Shown in pieces: positions 29,673 to 42,619 of a stretch of DNA of 64,000 nt. This DNA comes from Trichosphaerium sp. ATCC 40318 (lineage: Eukaryota > Protista > Tubulinea). Position 1 is the stretch's first letter. Each line of letters begins with the position of its first letter. Location of the stretch: the NCBI GenBank assembly GCA_038496445.1, contig JALMLS010000612.1, positions 310,001 to 374,000 of the forward strand. Direction: 5' to 3'. The position numbers were made by a program, and so were the translations under genes. The notes beneath the pieces were generated by a model that saw nothing but the letters and a program-made list of their open reading frames with translations, ran no database searches and was not told the DNA's origin.

Positions 29673-30793
29673 TTATGGATACCAAGTATCCATAAAGTCA
29701 AGGATTGCTTCTCCTAGATCTGTGCCATAGGAAGGAATTGCAGATGTGCGTCTCAAGTGATAAGGACTTTCTAGTTGAATGGCATCTATTGTACCACTTG
29801 AAACACTTCCATGACTTCTAACTGTAAAACCGCCAGTAAAGTATCCGTCAGTTCCAGGTCCTGGTTCAGTAGGAGAAGGTACAACATGGTATGTTGCATC
29901 CAAAAGTCCACCGAAACTACTGACTCCTCTGATTAGTTCTGAGAAAGTTACACCGGAAGTGGCTGCTAGATTTGCAATACTTCCTTTTGGAGTGACCACA
30001 TTCAAACCAGCATCTGAATCAATGTCAGCTGTTTATTTAAGTTGTGTATTTTTTGGAGCCTACCGTTTTTGTTCAAATTCGTCTTTGATATTGCGTATCC
30101 TAGCTCAACCCATTGTTGGGAATGACTAGATACACCATGTACATCAATGAGTAATCCGGCACCATGTTCTGATACTACTCTATCTTTTGCACAATTGATA
30201 AAAGAATGATACTTGTCCCTAAACAATAACACTGTTACGACACATTATCGTTTTTTAGAAATAACTAAACAATAGTGATTTGAACGCATGCGTACCATAC
30301 AGAGAGGGCAGTGGTATCTATAGCTTGATCTGGATCAACACGAGCACGATTCATATCTACCTTTTTTCGTCCAATGTTGGCTACAATCACGTGTACTTTT
30401 TGATTAGTTATAGCTTCTATTGTCTCAACTATCTTATTGGCAAGGTTGATAGTACGTGTGTCCCTTCCTTTGTTGCCTACAACAAGTCAGTAAAATAGAA
30501 AACAAGATGATATTTATCTCGTACCAGCTGGTTTATCTGGAATGCTCAGTGGGTCGTTGGTACCACCATGAGGTACTGTAATTATAATAGGAAGATCTCC
30601 AGTCGTGTACGATACATACTGATTTACACTGTCATAGTTTACATCGCCGGATACGTGGCTAACAAGTGGACATGGATCAAAAGCAAACGAAATAGAGAAT
30701 AGAGCACAAAATGCTAAACAACTTATTAAACTGATTGGATCGTCTTTTAGTAGGCATACCTAAGAGAGTTCGAAGTGTTTTATTTGTTGTCAT
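29673..30793 (-). CDS. Secreted N-formylglutamate amidohydrolase-like Zn hydrolase
   Basis: Signal peptide MTTNKTLRTLLAFCALFSISFA, then GDLPIIITVPHGG, LLIDVHG, YFTGGFTVRSHGS and IDAIQLE. Several introns. Confidence 0.75.
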
Positions 30794-31249
30794 GATGATG
30801 GTTGAAGTTGTTTTTTGATTAAAGTAAATAAAGCACATGAATGCATGATGCATGTCGACATGCGCAAGTTTTCATAAAAAACAATAACTATTATTTGATT
30901 TCACCTGAATTATAAAAACATGACCACAAAGAACTCTACACGCTTCACACTATAGTATGGTGTATGGGATCAGCTTTCATAGACAACAGCTCTCTGATCT
31001 AGCTATGAAGTTTTTTTCATTGACTTGATCCAAAACAACTGAAACAGGGCATTGGTTGAATCACATCACGACACCTCCCGGCATTAAATGCCACCGACAC
31101 TATCTTTGATAAATTCTACAATAGCCCTATTGGCGTAAAGTAACATCCACGTCACCAAGAAAGCTGTCAAACAGTGTCAGTCACTGGTTAACAACCGTCC
31201 AAATGAGTGTTATCAATACATAAAACAAAACCTTTGGAGCGAAGTGCTA

Positions 31250-31756
31250 TTATATTAGTACAAGTTGAACAGCGCTATCCTCGTACACTTGGTAATATGC
31301 AAGGGTATATTGATCATTAAGCACTCCAACACCAGGCACAAGCACCAACTTTTGTTTATCTGTTGGAATACCCTCCTTTTGTTTTATCTTCCCTTTGATT
31401 TTAAGGACAGTGTCATAGGCGTCTGCATTTATAGTGTAATTCTTGCCATAGTCATTACGTATTAGAAGCTGCAACCTTACAATAAGGCGCAAAGGTGATG
31501 ATTGTTGTATTTTATAGTCTTGTACTGTTTTTTGGTCTTCTAGCTGATCACCAGCAAATATTAGGCATTGGCGCTCTATGGGAACGCCTTGTTTCTCTTG
31601 AATTTGCTGTTTTATACTTTTTATTGAATCTACAGAGCTTACATCAACGCAAATCACCTTTTCAGAGAGTGTTTTAACGTATACCAGCATTTTTGGTGCT
31701 GAATGTAATAGCAATTGTCTAACATGCCTTAGTCTCATTCTCCGAATACCACTCAT
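31250..31756 (-). CDS. Tandem ubiquitin-like domain protein lacking C-terminal GG, intronless
   Basis: Two UBL units (YVKTL...IKQQIQEKQGVPIERQCLIFAGDQLED; IKGKIKQKEGIPTDKQKL). True start may be the ATG at 31690. Confidence 0.8.
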   Translation of the reverse strand: MSGIRRMRLRHVRQLLLHSAPKMLVYVKTLSEKVICVDVSSVDSIKSIKQQIQEKQGVPIERQCLIFAGDQLEDQKTVQDYKIQQSSPLRLIVRLQLLIRNDYGKNYTINADAYDTVLKIKGKIKQKEGIPTDKQKLVLVPGVGVLNDQYTLAYYQVYEDSAVQLVLI

Positions 31757-32107
31757 AGACAGTACTAACTTAAGGATGCCTACCTCATATCGCTAGTGAC
31801 CAACTCATTGTTTGCTAAGACATCAAGTATTTAGTGTTAAATCATGTGACTGTGCTTGAACCAGTAACTTTATCGTTCTACGCCAGCATCATAGGCACTA
31901 AGATTCATCTCTTTTCACGGATGCCTTCATAAAACTCTTTCCTAAATAAACTACTTTCAATAGCGACTCACTTCTGGTGTGATCAATCAAACGACAAGTG
32001 TAATAAAGTAAGAGTGAAACCGATACAACCAATAGTCCACTCGAGTAAAACTAACTGGGTCCACTTGGGTAAACAAAAAGTTATTCTATTACCACCGCAC
32101 CCTTACT

Positions 32108-32896
32108 ATGCACAATAATCTCAAGAGTTTCTTTCAGCAACAATTTGGTAAAAAGACATCATGGCAACATGGAGATCCTCGTTTCGAGTGGTGGCTTGGA
32201 AACCCTTTCAGCTTGAAGTCAAACGCTCCAGGCGCATACGACGCTGCCCATACACCACAAAACGCTAGCCTCAAATTCTTTAGAGCAGCGGACTTCCCAA
32301 CAACACGTAGAAGCTTTTATGATGTTTGGTGGAAAAGCCCTGGAGTACGTTTACACTATTTAACTTGTGATTATCGCGAGACTACTCTTGTTAAATACGG
32401 TTAACTAACTTTTAAACAGAAAAACATGCAGCTATCCCTATGCGTCGCAGGGTACTCCGCAGGAGCTTACTTTATGATATTCAGGCTCCAGTTTTTGGAA
32501 AACACTAATGAGTACGTCGCCACTTGATTACTTTTATAAAAGTTTCGAAGGCGTTTTCGGTTTAAAGAAAACTCAAAACACGTGATTGATTTTTTTGAGT
32601 TCAAGCGAAAGACAAATTTCTTTGGGTTTTTTTTGTTTCTTTTTCTTATTTACCTTAGTTGGCGTGGTCAGTCCATGGTTCACTTGAAACACCCTTCTGA
32701 AAAGGCTGTTTCTCGCGTTTCAATTAATGGTTACGCTGTTGGTCCTCAGTATGTGAAGGTAGGCGGTATTGACCCTCATGAAGATTCCGCTGCTGGTTAT
32801 TTGGAGCAACCTCTTCCATCTTTTGTTCAACAACCAAGACTCAACACCAACATTGACGTTGACGCGTTATACTCTCTCGGTCAAGAGACTGTCTAG
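32108..32896 (+). CDS. Hypothetical single-pass membrane protein, 3 exons
   Basis: Open exons joined by GTACGT-AG introns, with one hydrophobic segment (LSLCVAGYSAGAYFMIF). No family recognised. Confidence 0.55.
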
Positions 32897-33261
32897 AGAT
32901 ATATCTGATGACATCCATTATATATATGTACTTGTTTTATAAATACAAGCACCAAACATCCAAGCCTTTTTTGGATGTTTTACTTTATAAACTCATTCTC
33001 TTGTCAAGTTTTAAATTCTTTTTATTTTCTTTTACTGTGATAGCCACGATGTCAAGTGAGGCGTCACAATACACAACAACAAATGTAGGTACTTTGCTGG
33101 AGAATGGAGTGCGGTGAAATGCAAGAAGCGTTAAAATTAGCGACTTCCTTTTACCAAAACAGGCAAGAAGCCTCGTAAGGTTGAATTTAGACGAAAACAA
33201 CATTACCTGATTAAAGTTTCATTACACTCTAACTAATACAGCCATTACGCTATCGCTGAAA

Positions 33262-33951
33262 ATGACCTCAAGCAACAAGTTATTTATTTTCGACTTTGAC
33301 GGCACATTAGTCGTTAATAACATTACAGCGCGGGCGCTTACTGCCATGCAAATAGAGTTTAAAGCTTCAACTCCAATGGCGGCCTATTTTAAGTCGATTG
33401 TAACAAAAGCAAGCACAAACGCAAATGTATTCGTCGCTATTGCATCGTATGGAGATTCTCTAATCTCCAGAGACAAGCCAAAGTCAAAATTAGCCGGAGG
33501 AGAAACAATAAGGTAAGCATCAGTTAAAAACCGTCGTTAACCATTCTCTAGATACTTGCTTACGTCGCCAAAGCATTTTGGCTTGGATTTACAAAAAACG
33601 CCTTTGAAAATTGAAGCGTTTATGCCAAGCCAACGTCAATTGCGTCAAAACGTTGCAGGTATAGCTAAAACGCGTGGTATAACTATAGAAGAAGCTTGGG
33701 AGAGCTTAGGAGCACAAGAGATTGATGCTGTTTCGGACGTTGATGAGAACGCTGGCAAAAATACTCACATTGACTTGCTTATGGACAGTTTCAAGAAAGA
33801 CGGGATAGAGTTCTCTCCTGCTAATATCACACTCATTGACGATGATTTTAATAATATAGAAAAAGCGAAAAAGAAAGGATATACAACTTATCACGTGATG
33901 GATGCATCTGGAGATGAATTTAAAGCATATCTTGAGAAACTTTTACAATAA
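33262..33951 (+). CDS. HAD-superfamily hydrolase/phosphatase, one intron
   Basis: Motif I FDFDGT, motif II IAS, motif III GKNTH and motif IV LIDDDFNN. Confidence 0.8.
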
Positions 33952-33990
33952 AAGTTGACATATTTGTAATACTCTTGCTTTTGCTTGTAC

Positions 33991-35332
33991 TCATACCTTA
34001 CTTATTGGATGTACTGTTTCGAATGTCATACCATCTCCATCGGGTTCTCTTGGTATCGGTAGTAACCATGAAAACCAGTACCGACCCATTTGTTCAGTTA
34101 TGAAGAACTTTCTAAAGTTTTCTTTAAAGCCAAAATCATATGGATTTTGGAAACCTGTGTTGTTAATCTTTGCCTGTCATATCAGTAAGTATATGTTGTA
34201 TTATTTTAGAGTTAACCAAAATTCATCGTACATGCTTTTTTAGTTTTTTATTGATAGAATACTCAAGGCTTGTCTGACCTGTGAAAACAAGGTAATAGTT
34301 CCAAGTCACAAATCCCTAACTTGAAATCATTATCAATTCAATTACGGGTCACTTACACAAAGGACTATCCATATACCTCCAGTGAGTATAAGACAAGACA
34401 TAGTTAGGCCACGATCAACAGGATAAATCCACACCTGTTGACAGTCAAAATTTCTGAATGACAAAAAAAAAAGAAAGTACTTTGTTTCTGTCCAAGTGAT
34501 TCCAAATAGGTGCAACTACCATTAAAAGTCCATATGTACATCCCCACCAAAAGTATGTAAGAAATAGTATGAATTCGCGTCTATTGTGATGACCAACACA
34601 GTTTGAAAGCCAAGCTAGTCGGTTACTCTAACTTATTAACATTTTTTTAATCGAAAACAAAAAGAGCTAGCGTTCATATTTGGAAATTATATTAACCACG
34701 TACGACAATGATGGTCCATTACTGGAATACAACTATACAATAAGATTAATTGGTCTGCTGTGAGAATTTTAAAGGCTTACCGTTCGCAAATTGAACAGTG
34801 ATGTGTTCGTGGAGGCTTGAAGTTCTTACCTTAGTAGTGTCAAAAGGAAAACTAAAAAGTTGATGTACAATAGGAGCAGTATCTAACTTTCTTCAATTGA
34901 ATGTCCCTTTTTGTAAATTTCTTTGTATTGGGTATGTCTCCTTTATATTATTTTAGCGCTTGACGTCGTTTAAACAGATAAAACGCACGAGGTTTCCGTA
35001 ACACAGCTATAATGTAATTTACGCTGACTCCTTTGCATATTTAGCGGTTTTATCACGTGATAATTAAGGAAAAGATGTTTATACCTGTAAGAAGGTATAT
35101 AGATATTATAGCATGCATCCAAGCACATACTGTAGTGTATGACGCGTATACAGGTATTAGGTATACAATAAATAAGAAAGACACCACTGTTATTCGAATA
35201 AGACAAAGCGCATCAAGGTTACGTACTAGCAACCAAGGCACCGAAGATAGCTACAAATAATGGTCCAGAATAAATTAAAGATACTTCGCAAGCGTATCCT
35301 AGCGACTCGATAAGCCACACACCAACGCTCAT
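33991..35332 (-). CDS. DHHC palmitoyltransferase
   Basis: CSYCKNFKPPRTHHCSICER, MDHHC and WLSNCVGHHNRREF, plus TM segments and NPYDFG. Confidence 0.9.
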
Positions 35333-35667
35333 CCCGCAATGTTGAATAATACGTCTTAAACACGTGGATTAAGTGAGAGTTACAACAAGATTCTACACTA
35401 TCGAAAGACTATTTTAGACATTTTCCACCACAACTATTGCTCAATGATCTTTACAATTCCTCATCAAAATGACTGGCATGGATCAAACGCAAAAGACAAG
35501 GACTAACTGGAAATGTTGAGTCGGAGTTAGAGAACTTGTGCGAACGTTTTATACATCACTTGCAATAATAATACACTTCTTTATTTGCATTTACACTACG
35601 GACTATGGTTAGTAATGGGTGATGCTCTGACGAGTTCCTTTGAATCCTTTCACTTCCCAAGGAGTTT

Positions 35668-37109
35668 TCATCCTTTGTACAATGCACCGCTCTTTGTTGG
35701 TACAGCTTCATCCCAAGGTCCATGTATTTCACTATGAACGTTATTAGTATTGAGTCACAAGGTATAATGTCGCACTTTTTATATCTCTGAAGCCAACATA
35801 AAAGGTTTGGACACATGAATGTAATGAGAATATACTGCGCTACAAAACAAGCAGCAAACAGGTTTGACATGTTTACCAATACCAAAAGAACGCCGGCATT
35901 TAATATAATAGACAGAGATGCACTGATACACGAAGAAGCCGCCTAATAAGACAAATGAGTAGGAGTGGGTAGTTCTTTTTTTTTTTGTTCTAGTCGAGGC
36001 TATAAATAGCTGCTATTGAATAGGTGCACTGTATGACACTACCAATATAAGCAACGCTAACGTACAGATATTGAGTTTAGGACTATTGGGAGTAGTGCAA
36101 ATAGCTCTATGGATAGCGAGAGGAAAGCGAAGACGTGCTTGCTTGTTGGCAACCGAGAAGCCATTAAAACTGATGCAAAAATCGCGGCATTTACGCTTGT
36201 AGGCGCATAGAAGCTACAATAAAGTTAGCACATAGTTAACAACATATTGTGCTATTCCATAAGAATACAGAAGCCGTTAAACAGTGGACAGAAGATACAA
36301 AAAAGTGGGAACAAAAAACAAACTCAAAAGTTTTTCTAGTTGTTAACGTACTCTTTCTGTGTTCCAGCAAGATAAGAGTAGTCTGTAGTGTATAAATGTA
36401 ACAGCGTTAGTAGTATGACACATGTCCATAAAGTGTCATCGCTTATTGGTTCTGTTAAAGTACGTAGAACAGGGCTAAGGCCAAGAACAGAACCAAAAAC
36501 AATTGGAATAAAGCGGAACCCATCAAGTAGATGATGCGCTTTTCCGAAACAAACGTTAGTACTAGCGCTCTAACGCTTGTAGTTTACGTACAACTCCGTT
36601 TGCCGCTTGTGAGACACCATATTAGGTAACCAACAACTAATACTGCAAAGTCTGCCTTCATAAGCGCTTCTGGTGTGAATGAGCCTTCTAAAGAGCCAAC
36701 AAATATCAAATAATACACTACTACAACTGCAATTGCTTGTGTCACAACTGTTGAGTCAGTAATCATTGTGTAGAGGTCATACTTCTCCACATTAACTATA
36801 TAACGACGTTTTAGCGATGTTTTACCCAAAAAGTGTTGACGCACCGTTTTTTTCAAGTTCATCGAGAAAGCGTAAGCCATCTACGTAGTTATCAGGGTAT
36901 GGCTGTCTTTTGTACATTATTTTTTGCCAACGTGGTTTCGATTGATTCTGAGCGCTATCCTACGCTACAACTATTAGAATATAGCGACGTTATCCAAAAC
37001 TACTTGCCTCAAATTGTCTGCGCCTTTGCCCGCATGTGGAGCACACAAGCTCATCTAAAACATACGCATTCGCGCAAGCCGGGCAGTATGGCCAATAATC
37101 TTTATACAT
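35668..37109 (-). CDS. PIGC: GPI-GlcNAc transferase subunit PIG-C/GPI2, with a putative N-terminal zinc-ribbon exon
   Basis: [50 protein letters not shown] and [10 protein letters not shown]. Confidence 0.9.
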
Positions 37110-37641
37110 AACCCAAATAACTACGCCTCACGCACCAGAAAAAACCAAAGAAATAAAGTATTTGCAAAAAAAGTCCATGCGGATGTGAATGAATGAATTC
37201 TCAAAAAAAGATTTGATTCTCAACCTTACCTCACTCTAATATCTTAACTACTAGCGCCACTTGGTTTTTTAAAATAACACGTACAATTAAATCGATTCAG
37301 CAGAACACAAGCAAATTAAATAAATCCACAAACCGCTATCACGGAAAATATCACGTGATCGTAAAAAACCCAAGTCAAAAGAAATATTATTCTCTAATGA
37401 AACGCGTCTTTGGGTATCCCTGTTTTTCGTGCACGTTTCATTCTACTACAGGGCTATTTTTAACCCTCTTTTAAATCACAGTGTGAGTCCAATAGAAATA
37501 ATAAAAAAAGAGACAAGGGAGTAGAGTTCGTTTTTTTTAATCACAACCAAATTACAAATTACATATTTTTAATACAAAAAAAATTTTGCTACATCCTACT
37601 GTTTTTTTTTCTTTTTCCTTTTTTTTTATTTTCTCGACTTC

Positions 37642-38705
37642 TTAGAGACCCCTCCAGTTCATAGGGAAGCCACGAGATGCCTGTAGAGGGTGGAGATTAT
37701 TCGGCATACCAGCCGCTATCGCACTAACGCCAAGATCAAGCTCTGCAAGACGCGGAAGGCGTTGGTTTTGTTGTTGAGAAGCCATTGGGTGGTTTGGGTT
37801 TTGCATACGCGACAATGGCGCTACAAAATTTGGGTGTGCATTCTTCGCGTAGTCTGGCTGTTGTGAGGGAGGTACAACAGATTTACGTCTCATATGGTTG
37901 AGCTTGCGAAAGTATGGTGGTATGTAGAACCGCCTCTTTGGAGGATACTGTTTAGACTTGCGCGTTGTGTCGAAGTAACGGCTGTAGTCATCACCAGTAC
38001 CAAAGTTATACGTTTGGCGTTGATAGTCGGTGTATCGAGGCACTTCAACTTCATCTGGCCTATCGTTTTGTCGTTTTTGCCGTTCCTTTCTCGCTTTTGC
38101 ACGACGGTTCTATAAAAGTATAATAAGTAAAGCAGGAAGATTATTAAAACATTTTTATGGTGTGGGCTTTGAAAGAGTCAAAAAAAAAATAATTGAGAAT
38201 CAGAAGAAAAAAAAAACGGTAAAAAAAAAGCGTACCTGGAACCAGATTTGTACTCTTCTTGGCGCCATTTTGAGCTCTTCAGCTAGAGCTTGTTTATGAT
38301 CGCGGTTTGGATGTTCTTGGTATTGGAACACATGTTCAAGCCTTGCTTTTTGTTCTTGAGTTATCGGTATTCTTCTACGTTTCTTGGTTTTTTTAATGCT
38401 AGAGTTGTCTGAAGAGTTTGGTTCTTTCTCATTAGGAGCTCTCTTACGTTTAGAAGAAAATTTTATTCCTTCTCGAAAAGTTTTCATAGTGGATTTTATC
38501 AAACCGCGAACTTTTCCACTCTTTGGTTTTGCTGGCTTTGTTTCTGTTTTATCTCCACGTAATTCCATAAGAGCGCGTGCCGCTACGTTATTCCTTGATT
38601 ATTAATTAGTATAAAACCAGAATCAGGAAAATTAAAAAAACCGGTTCAGAATAAAAAAGACAAGTGTGCGGCGTACTGTTCGTATTGTTCTGCGTTATCT
38701 CCCAT
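37642..38705 (-). CDS. Homeodomain transcription factor
   Basis: RRRIPITQEQKARLEHVFQYQEHPNRDHKQALAEELKMAPRRVQIWFQ|NRRAK, with an intron at WFQ/NRR and a Q/P-rich C-terminus. Confidence 0.92.
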
Positions 38706-39931
38706 TGGTACGTCTTGAAAAACTGTAACAGGACGGGAAGGGGATGAACACTGGTTTGTGTACTTGGGAGAGGGGCGTCTGTGGTGCGCTAGAGGAGAAG
38801 ACGCTGTCAATTAAAATGAAAGAAAAAAAATAAATTGGGGTAACCCGGTTTTTGACAGGGTAAACAGAACAATACCCAAAGAGCTTTTTTTTTTCATTTG
38901 TGATCTGAGCCAATAGAAAATAATTGATTTTTGAAATGAAACAAAAAAACAATTACCCCGTCTCTGAGGTTTGTTATTTTATGGCGTTGTCGATAAGCGG
39001 TTGTGTTTTATGGTATCAAATAGTTATCATACGGGCGTGCACTGAAAGCACGTTCCGTTTTTTTGGCAAAATAAAATAATGGGTAGGCGTAGGATTTAGA
39101 ATAAAGTGTAATTAAAAACAAAAGGATTTCTTGATTTTTTTTTTTTGTTTTTGTTTTAATCCTTCAAAACGACGTTGTATTGTACAAATTAAGAAGGATA
39201 AAAATCACGTGATGATGGGTATTGGTCTTTTTGTATCAATCATTTGTTTTTAAAAGAACTACAGTACGTACTACTTATTGACATCAATTAAATGTACAGA
39301 ATTAGTTGTGCTAGCTGGAGACGAGCTGCTAATGCTTCTTTAATGTGAACAGTAATTCAGTTTATATTTGATAGTCTGCTGACGTCAACAGATATAAATG
39401 TTTGTTTCTCGTCGTTTCTCTGTTGTTCGCTAATGCCCATTACTCCTGTTCTTAATATAGCGTGTTTTATTGAAGAACAAATCTCAATGGTGAAGTAAAA
39501 AAAGTACTTCCGTTACTATGAGTGAGTCAATGTAATTTTGCGGAAAGACTCCGGTCTGTAGCGTAGTAATAACCGAACTTTTCAATTTTGTGTAACGCGA
39601 TTATAATCGCAAAAAAAGCGTGTAGAGGACGCGACTTTAGAATTGCATTAAAAACTGGCCTCTCGTGCAATTAATAACACATTTAACTTCTAATCCATTG
39701 AAAACGTCAATGTGACGGCCACAGGGGAGCGCCAAAGGAAGATATCAACTGATTTTGATTGGGCTTTTTCGATCTTTTTTCCGTTATGATGTTTAAGAGC
39801 CATGGGCTTGATTGAGCTCCCCACCGCTTAACGCGTGCTCACTTGCTTTTCGAAAAAGGCGAGCCAACTCCAAAATAGGTCGTGGAAGTTGACATTGGGT
39901 TCTTAATTTCAAAAAAAAATAAATATACTCT

Positions 39932-39982
39932 CGTCACGTGACGTCTAAGGCAATTCATTCACGTGACGTAAAGCAACACGTG
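39932..39982. promoter_or_regulatory. Cluster of three CACGTG E-/G-boxes upstream of the Ras gene
   Basis: Palindrome CGTCACGTGACG at 39932-39943, TCACGTGACGT at about 39959 and ACACGTGC at about 39976, lying 100-150 bp upstream of ATG 40081. Confidence 0.4.
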
Positions 39983-40080
39983 CGTGCAACGACTATTAAC
40001 CAATTGTCAAAAGCTCACGCCATATTGAAGACGCACATTTGAAGAGTACCATAATAGACTTTTACTCTTGCGACTAACCC

Positions 40081-41088
40081 ATGTACAACGCTTCCGAAGC
40101 ATCCGTTAGAGAGATAATGACCGCCTCGAGTAGAGGCGGTACAGATAAGATCCGAAAGTGTCGAATAGTGGTTCTAGGCGATGAAAGAGTCGGTGAGTTT
40201 GGTTTTTAACGTTCTCTCCTGTAAATTTCGCATTTGCAGGTAAATCAGGATTAGTAGCCAGATTTGTCCAGGGTGCTATACTTAGCGAGGTACTTATAAT
40301 TATATAGCTTTGCCTAAAATCGATTTTTAATGATATTTTTTGATCTCGGCTTGTTTGCTTTATGTGTCGTTTTGCGTACTTCTAACTTGCATTATATTAG
40401 CACAGCCCCACTATAGAACAAGTATATACCAAGGTTATCGACTTTCAAGGTGACCCATGGGTCCTTGAGATTTTAGACACTGGCGGCGCTGCACGTTTGA
40501 ATTGTTTTTGTTTTTAGAGCTATACGCCCAATTTTGCTCATACAAAACACAGGAAGAATTTGGCTCTACAAAAACGCAAAACATGTCCGGAGCAGACGGA
40601 TTTATAGTTGTATATGATGTCACAACGCGTAGTTCGTTTGATGAAGTTAAAAACATTCACGAAACAATTACAAAAGCGAAGGCAAAAGCGAAAGGAAAGG
40701 TAACAAGGATCAACGCCAAGACAAAAAAAACGGAAAAGAAAAAAAATTTCTGCGTAGCGATTTGTTGCGTAAACATCACGTGAAAATTTTTTTGTTTTTC
40801 TGTAATCTCCGTAACTAACTCAAAAAGGTTCCGCTTGTTGTTGTTGGTAATAAGATTGATCTAGCAAAGGATGGTAGGAAAGTAACAGAAAAGGAAGGAG
40901 CATCTTTGGGAAACAGACTTGAAGCAGTTTTTATCGAAGCGTCAGCTACCGAGAAGATAAATGTAGATACAGTCTTTTACTCTATTCTCCTTCAAATCAA
41001 ACAACAGAAAGAAATCCGACGAACACGTACTACACGTAAACTTCCAGTAGCACCTATAAAACAACAAGGATGTTGTGTTATATTATAA
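40081..41088 (+). CDS. Atypical Ras-family small GTPase with CAAX box
   Basis: G1 GDERVGKS, effector loop HSPTIEQVY, G3 DTGGAEEF, G4 NKID, G5 EASA, C-terminal CCVIL. Confidence 0.9.
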
Positions 41089-41295
41089 CTCCGAAATAAT
41101 CGCGTAATACGCTGTTAAAAAACACACTGTACTCTAAGCTCAAATTCCACTAAACAAAATTTTCGAAATAATCTCATTGACGAGGTCGGTTTGGAACTCA
41201 TTAGAAGGAAACCAAAACACAACAAAAAACAAACAAGCTGCATTTGCCCATAAGATTACGTTTATTTTCAAGTTTTTTTTGTAGCTTCCTTTAAA

Positions 41296-42456
41296 TCATT
41301 GGAGCGACGAATCTGTTAATGAGTTCTTCACGGTTACCAGCGTCACCGCCCTAAAATAAACATTAAGTATCAAGAAAAGGTAAAGAAAAAAAGAAAACTT
41401 CAAAGCACAAGACTTCAGAGAAGAATGTCCAAAAACAACAAAAAAATCCCGTACCTCTACAAAATGGGTGCGCTTGGTGATACCTCCACGTGGAGAGTTA
41501 AGTTTGAAAGGCCACAACCAACGGTTTACAAATTTAAACTTTGGTGAAGCAGTCCAGAGTTCGTGTACAACATCTTCCATACAGATGACACCGTGTTTAC
41601 CGAGAGCTTCAGCGATCATCTCGTTGTTTGTAATGCGGATTCTGTTTTTCTCCATGCGTGCGTAACCACGTTTGTAGACGAGTTTGCGTACGGTTTCCAA
41701 GGAAGGATAACTAAGTTAAAGCGTTAACAAGGGGTAGCTTTAGTGAAAAAAGAGAAAAACAATTATTTTGCTAGCGAAGCTCGCGTTGAGCCTAAATACG
41801 TACCCCCAAGCGATGTATGGACCACAAATTCTCAACATTTCCTTTGTGGAGGCGTTTAGTTTGACGATAGTGGCTGTGTTAATTCTGTCCAAACGCAAAA
41901 CGGATAGTGTCTTACGGATCTTTGGGTGGACACCACATACACTACATTATGAGTAAGCATAAAGAACATTCAAACATCAATTTGGTGCAAAAACGCAGAA
42001 TTTGTTGATTATAGCTGTATCATGTATCATACCCTCTAATACGGACGGCAAGAGCAATTTTGGCCTCTGGTTTAACGTAGAAACCACCTTTTGCTTTAGC
42101 TTCGCGTTGAAGACGGACTTCTTCTTTTTCTTGGTTTGTGTACTCGGTAACATACTGTTCGGCTCTTTTGAATGCCATTTCAGTGTGGCGTACATTGGCC
42201 TCTTTACGTTGCTTCAAACGGCGGCGAAGTGTCTCGGCACGCTTCTTTGCGATTTGACGCTTCTTGAGGACTGTTTCTGGGGCTGGAACGCTGCAGAAAC
42301 TGATTAGTCACTAGATCACCAAACATCGCTTTAATGTGCTTGATTACGCACTATATCGTAGAAAAGGCAAACATACGAAAGTTTTGGTCATGAGAAAAAA
42401 GAAAGTACAGTTTCTAAGCTATTTACGTGTACAAATACGCACCTTTGTTTATCCAT
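41296..42456 (-). CDS. RPL7: 60S ribosomal protein L7 (uL30)
   Basis: [57 protein letters not shown] and [12 protein letters not shown]. Confidence 0.97.
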
Positions 42457-42619
42457 GGTTCTGTTTTGGTTAGGTGATGGGCGATGCAAGTACCTGGATG
42501 GGAAAATTGGATTCGAAATGTAATGCTGATAAGTATCATGTGCTGACTTAACCTTCGCCTATTTTTTTTGTTTTTTTTTTTTTTACGACTTACTGCATCA
42601 GTCTTGGCTTTGGTAACTT

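Noticed and set aside
28022-31185. 14-bp direct match CAGTGTCAGTCACT at about 28022 and 31172, suggestive of transposon ends
   Set aside because: Direct rather than inverted, with no target-site duplication or transposase. A 14-mer match is expected by chance in 64 kb.
41950-42442. Possible intronic snoRNAs in the longer RPL7 introns
   Set aside because: No convincing C (RTGATGA) and D (CTGA) box pair or H/ACA fold was seen.
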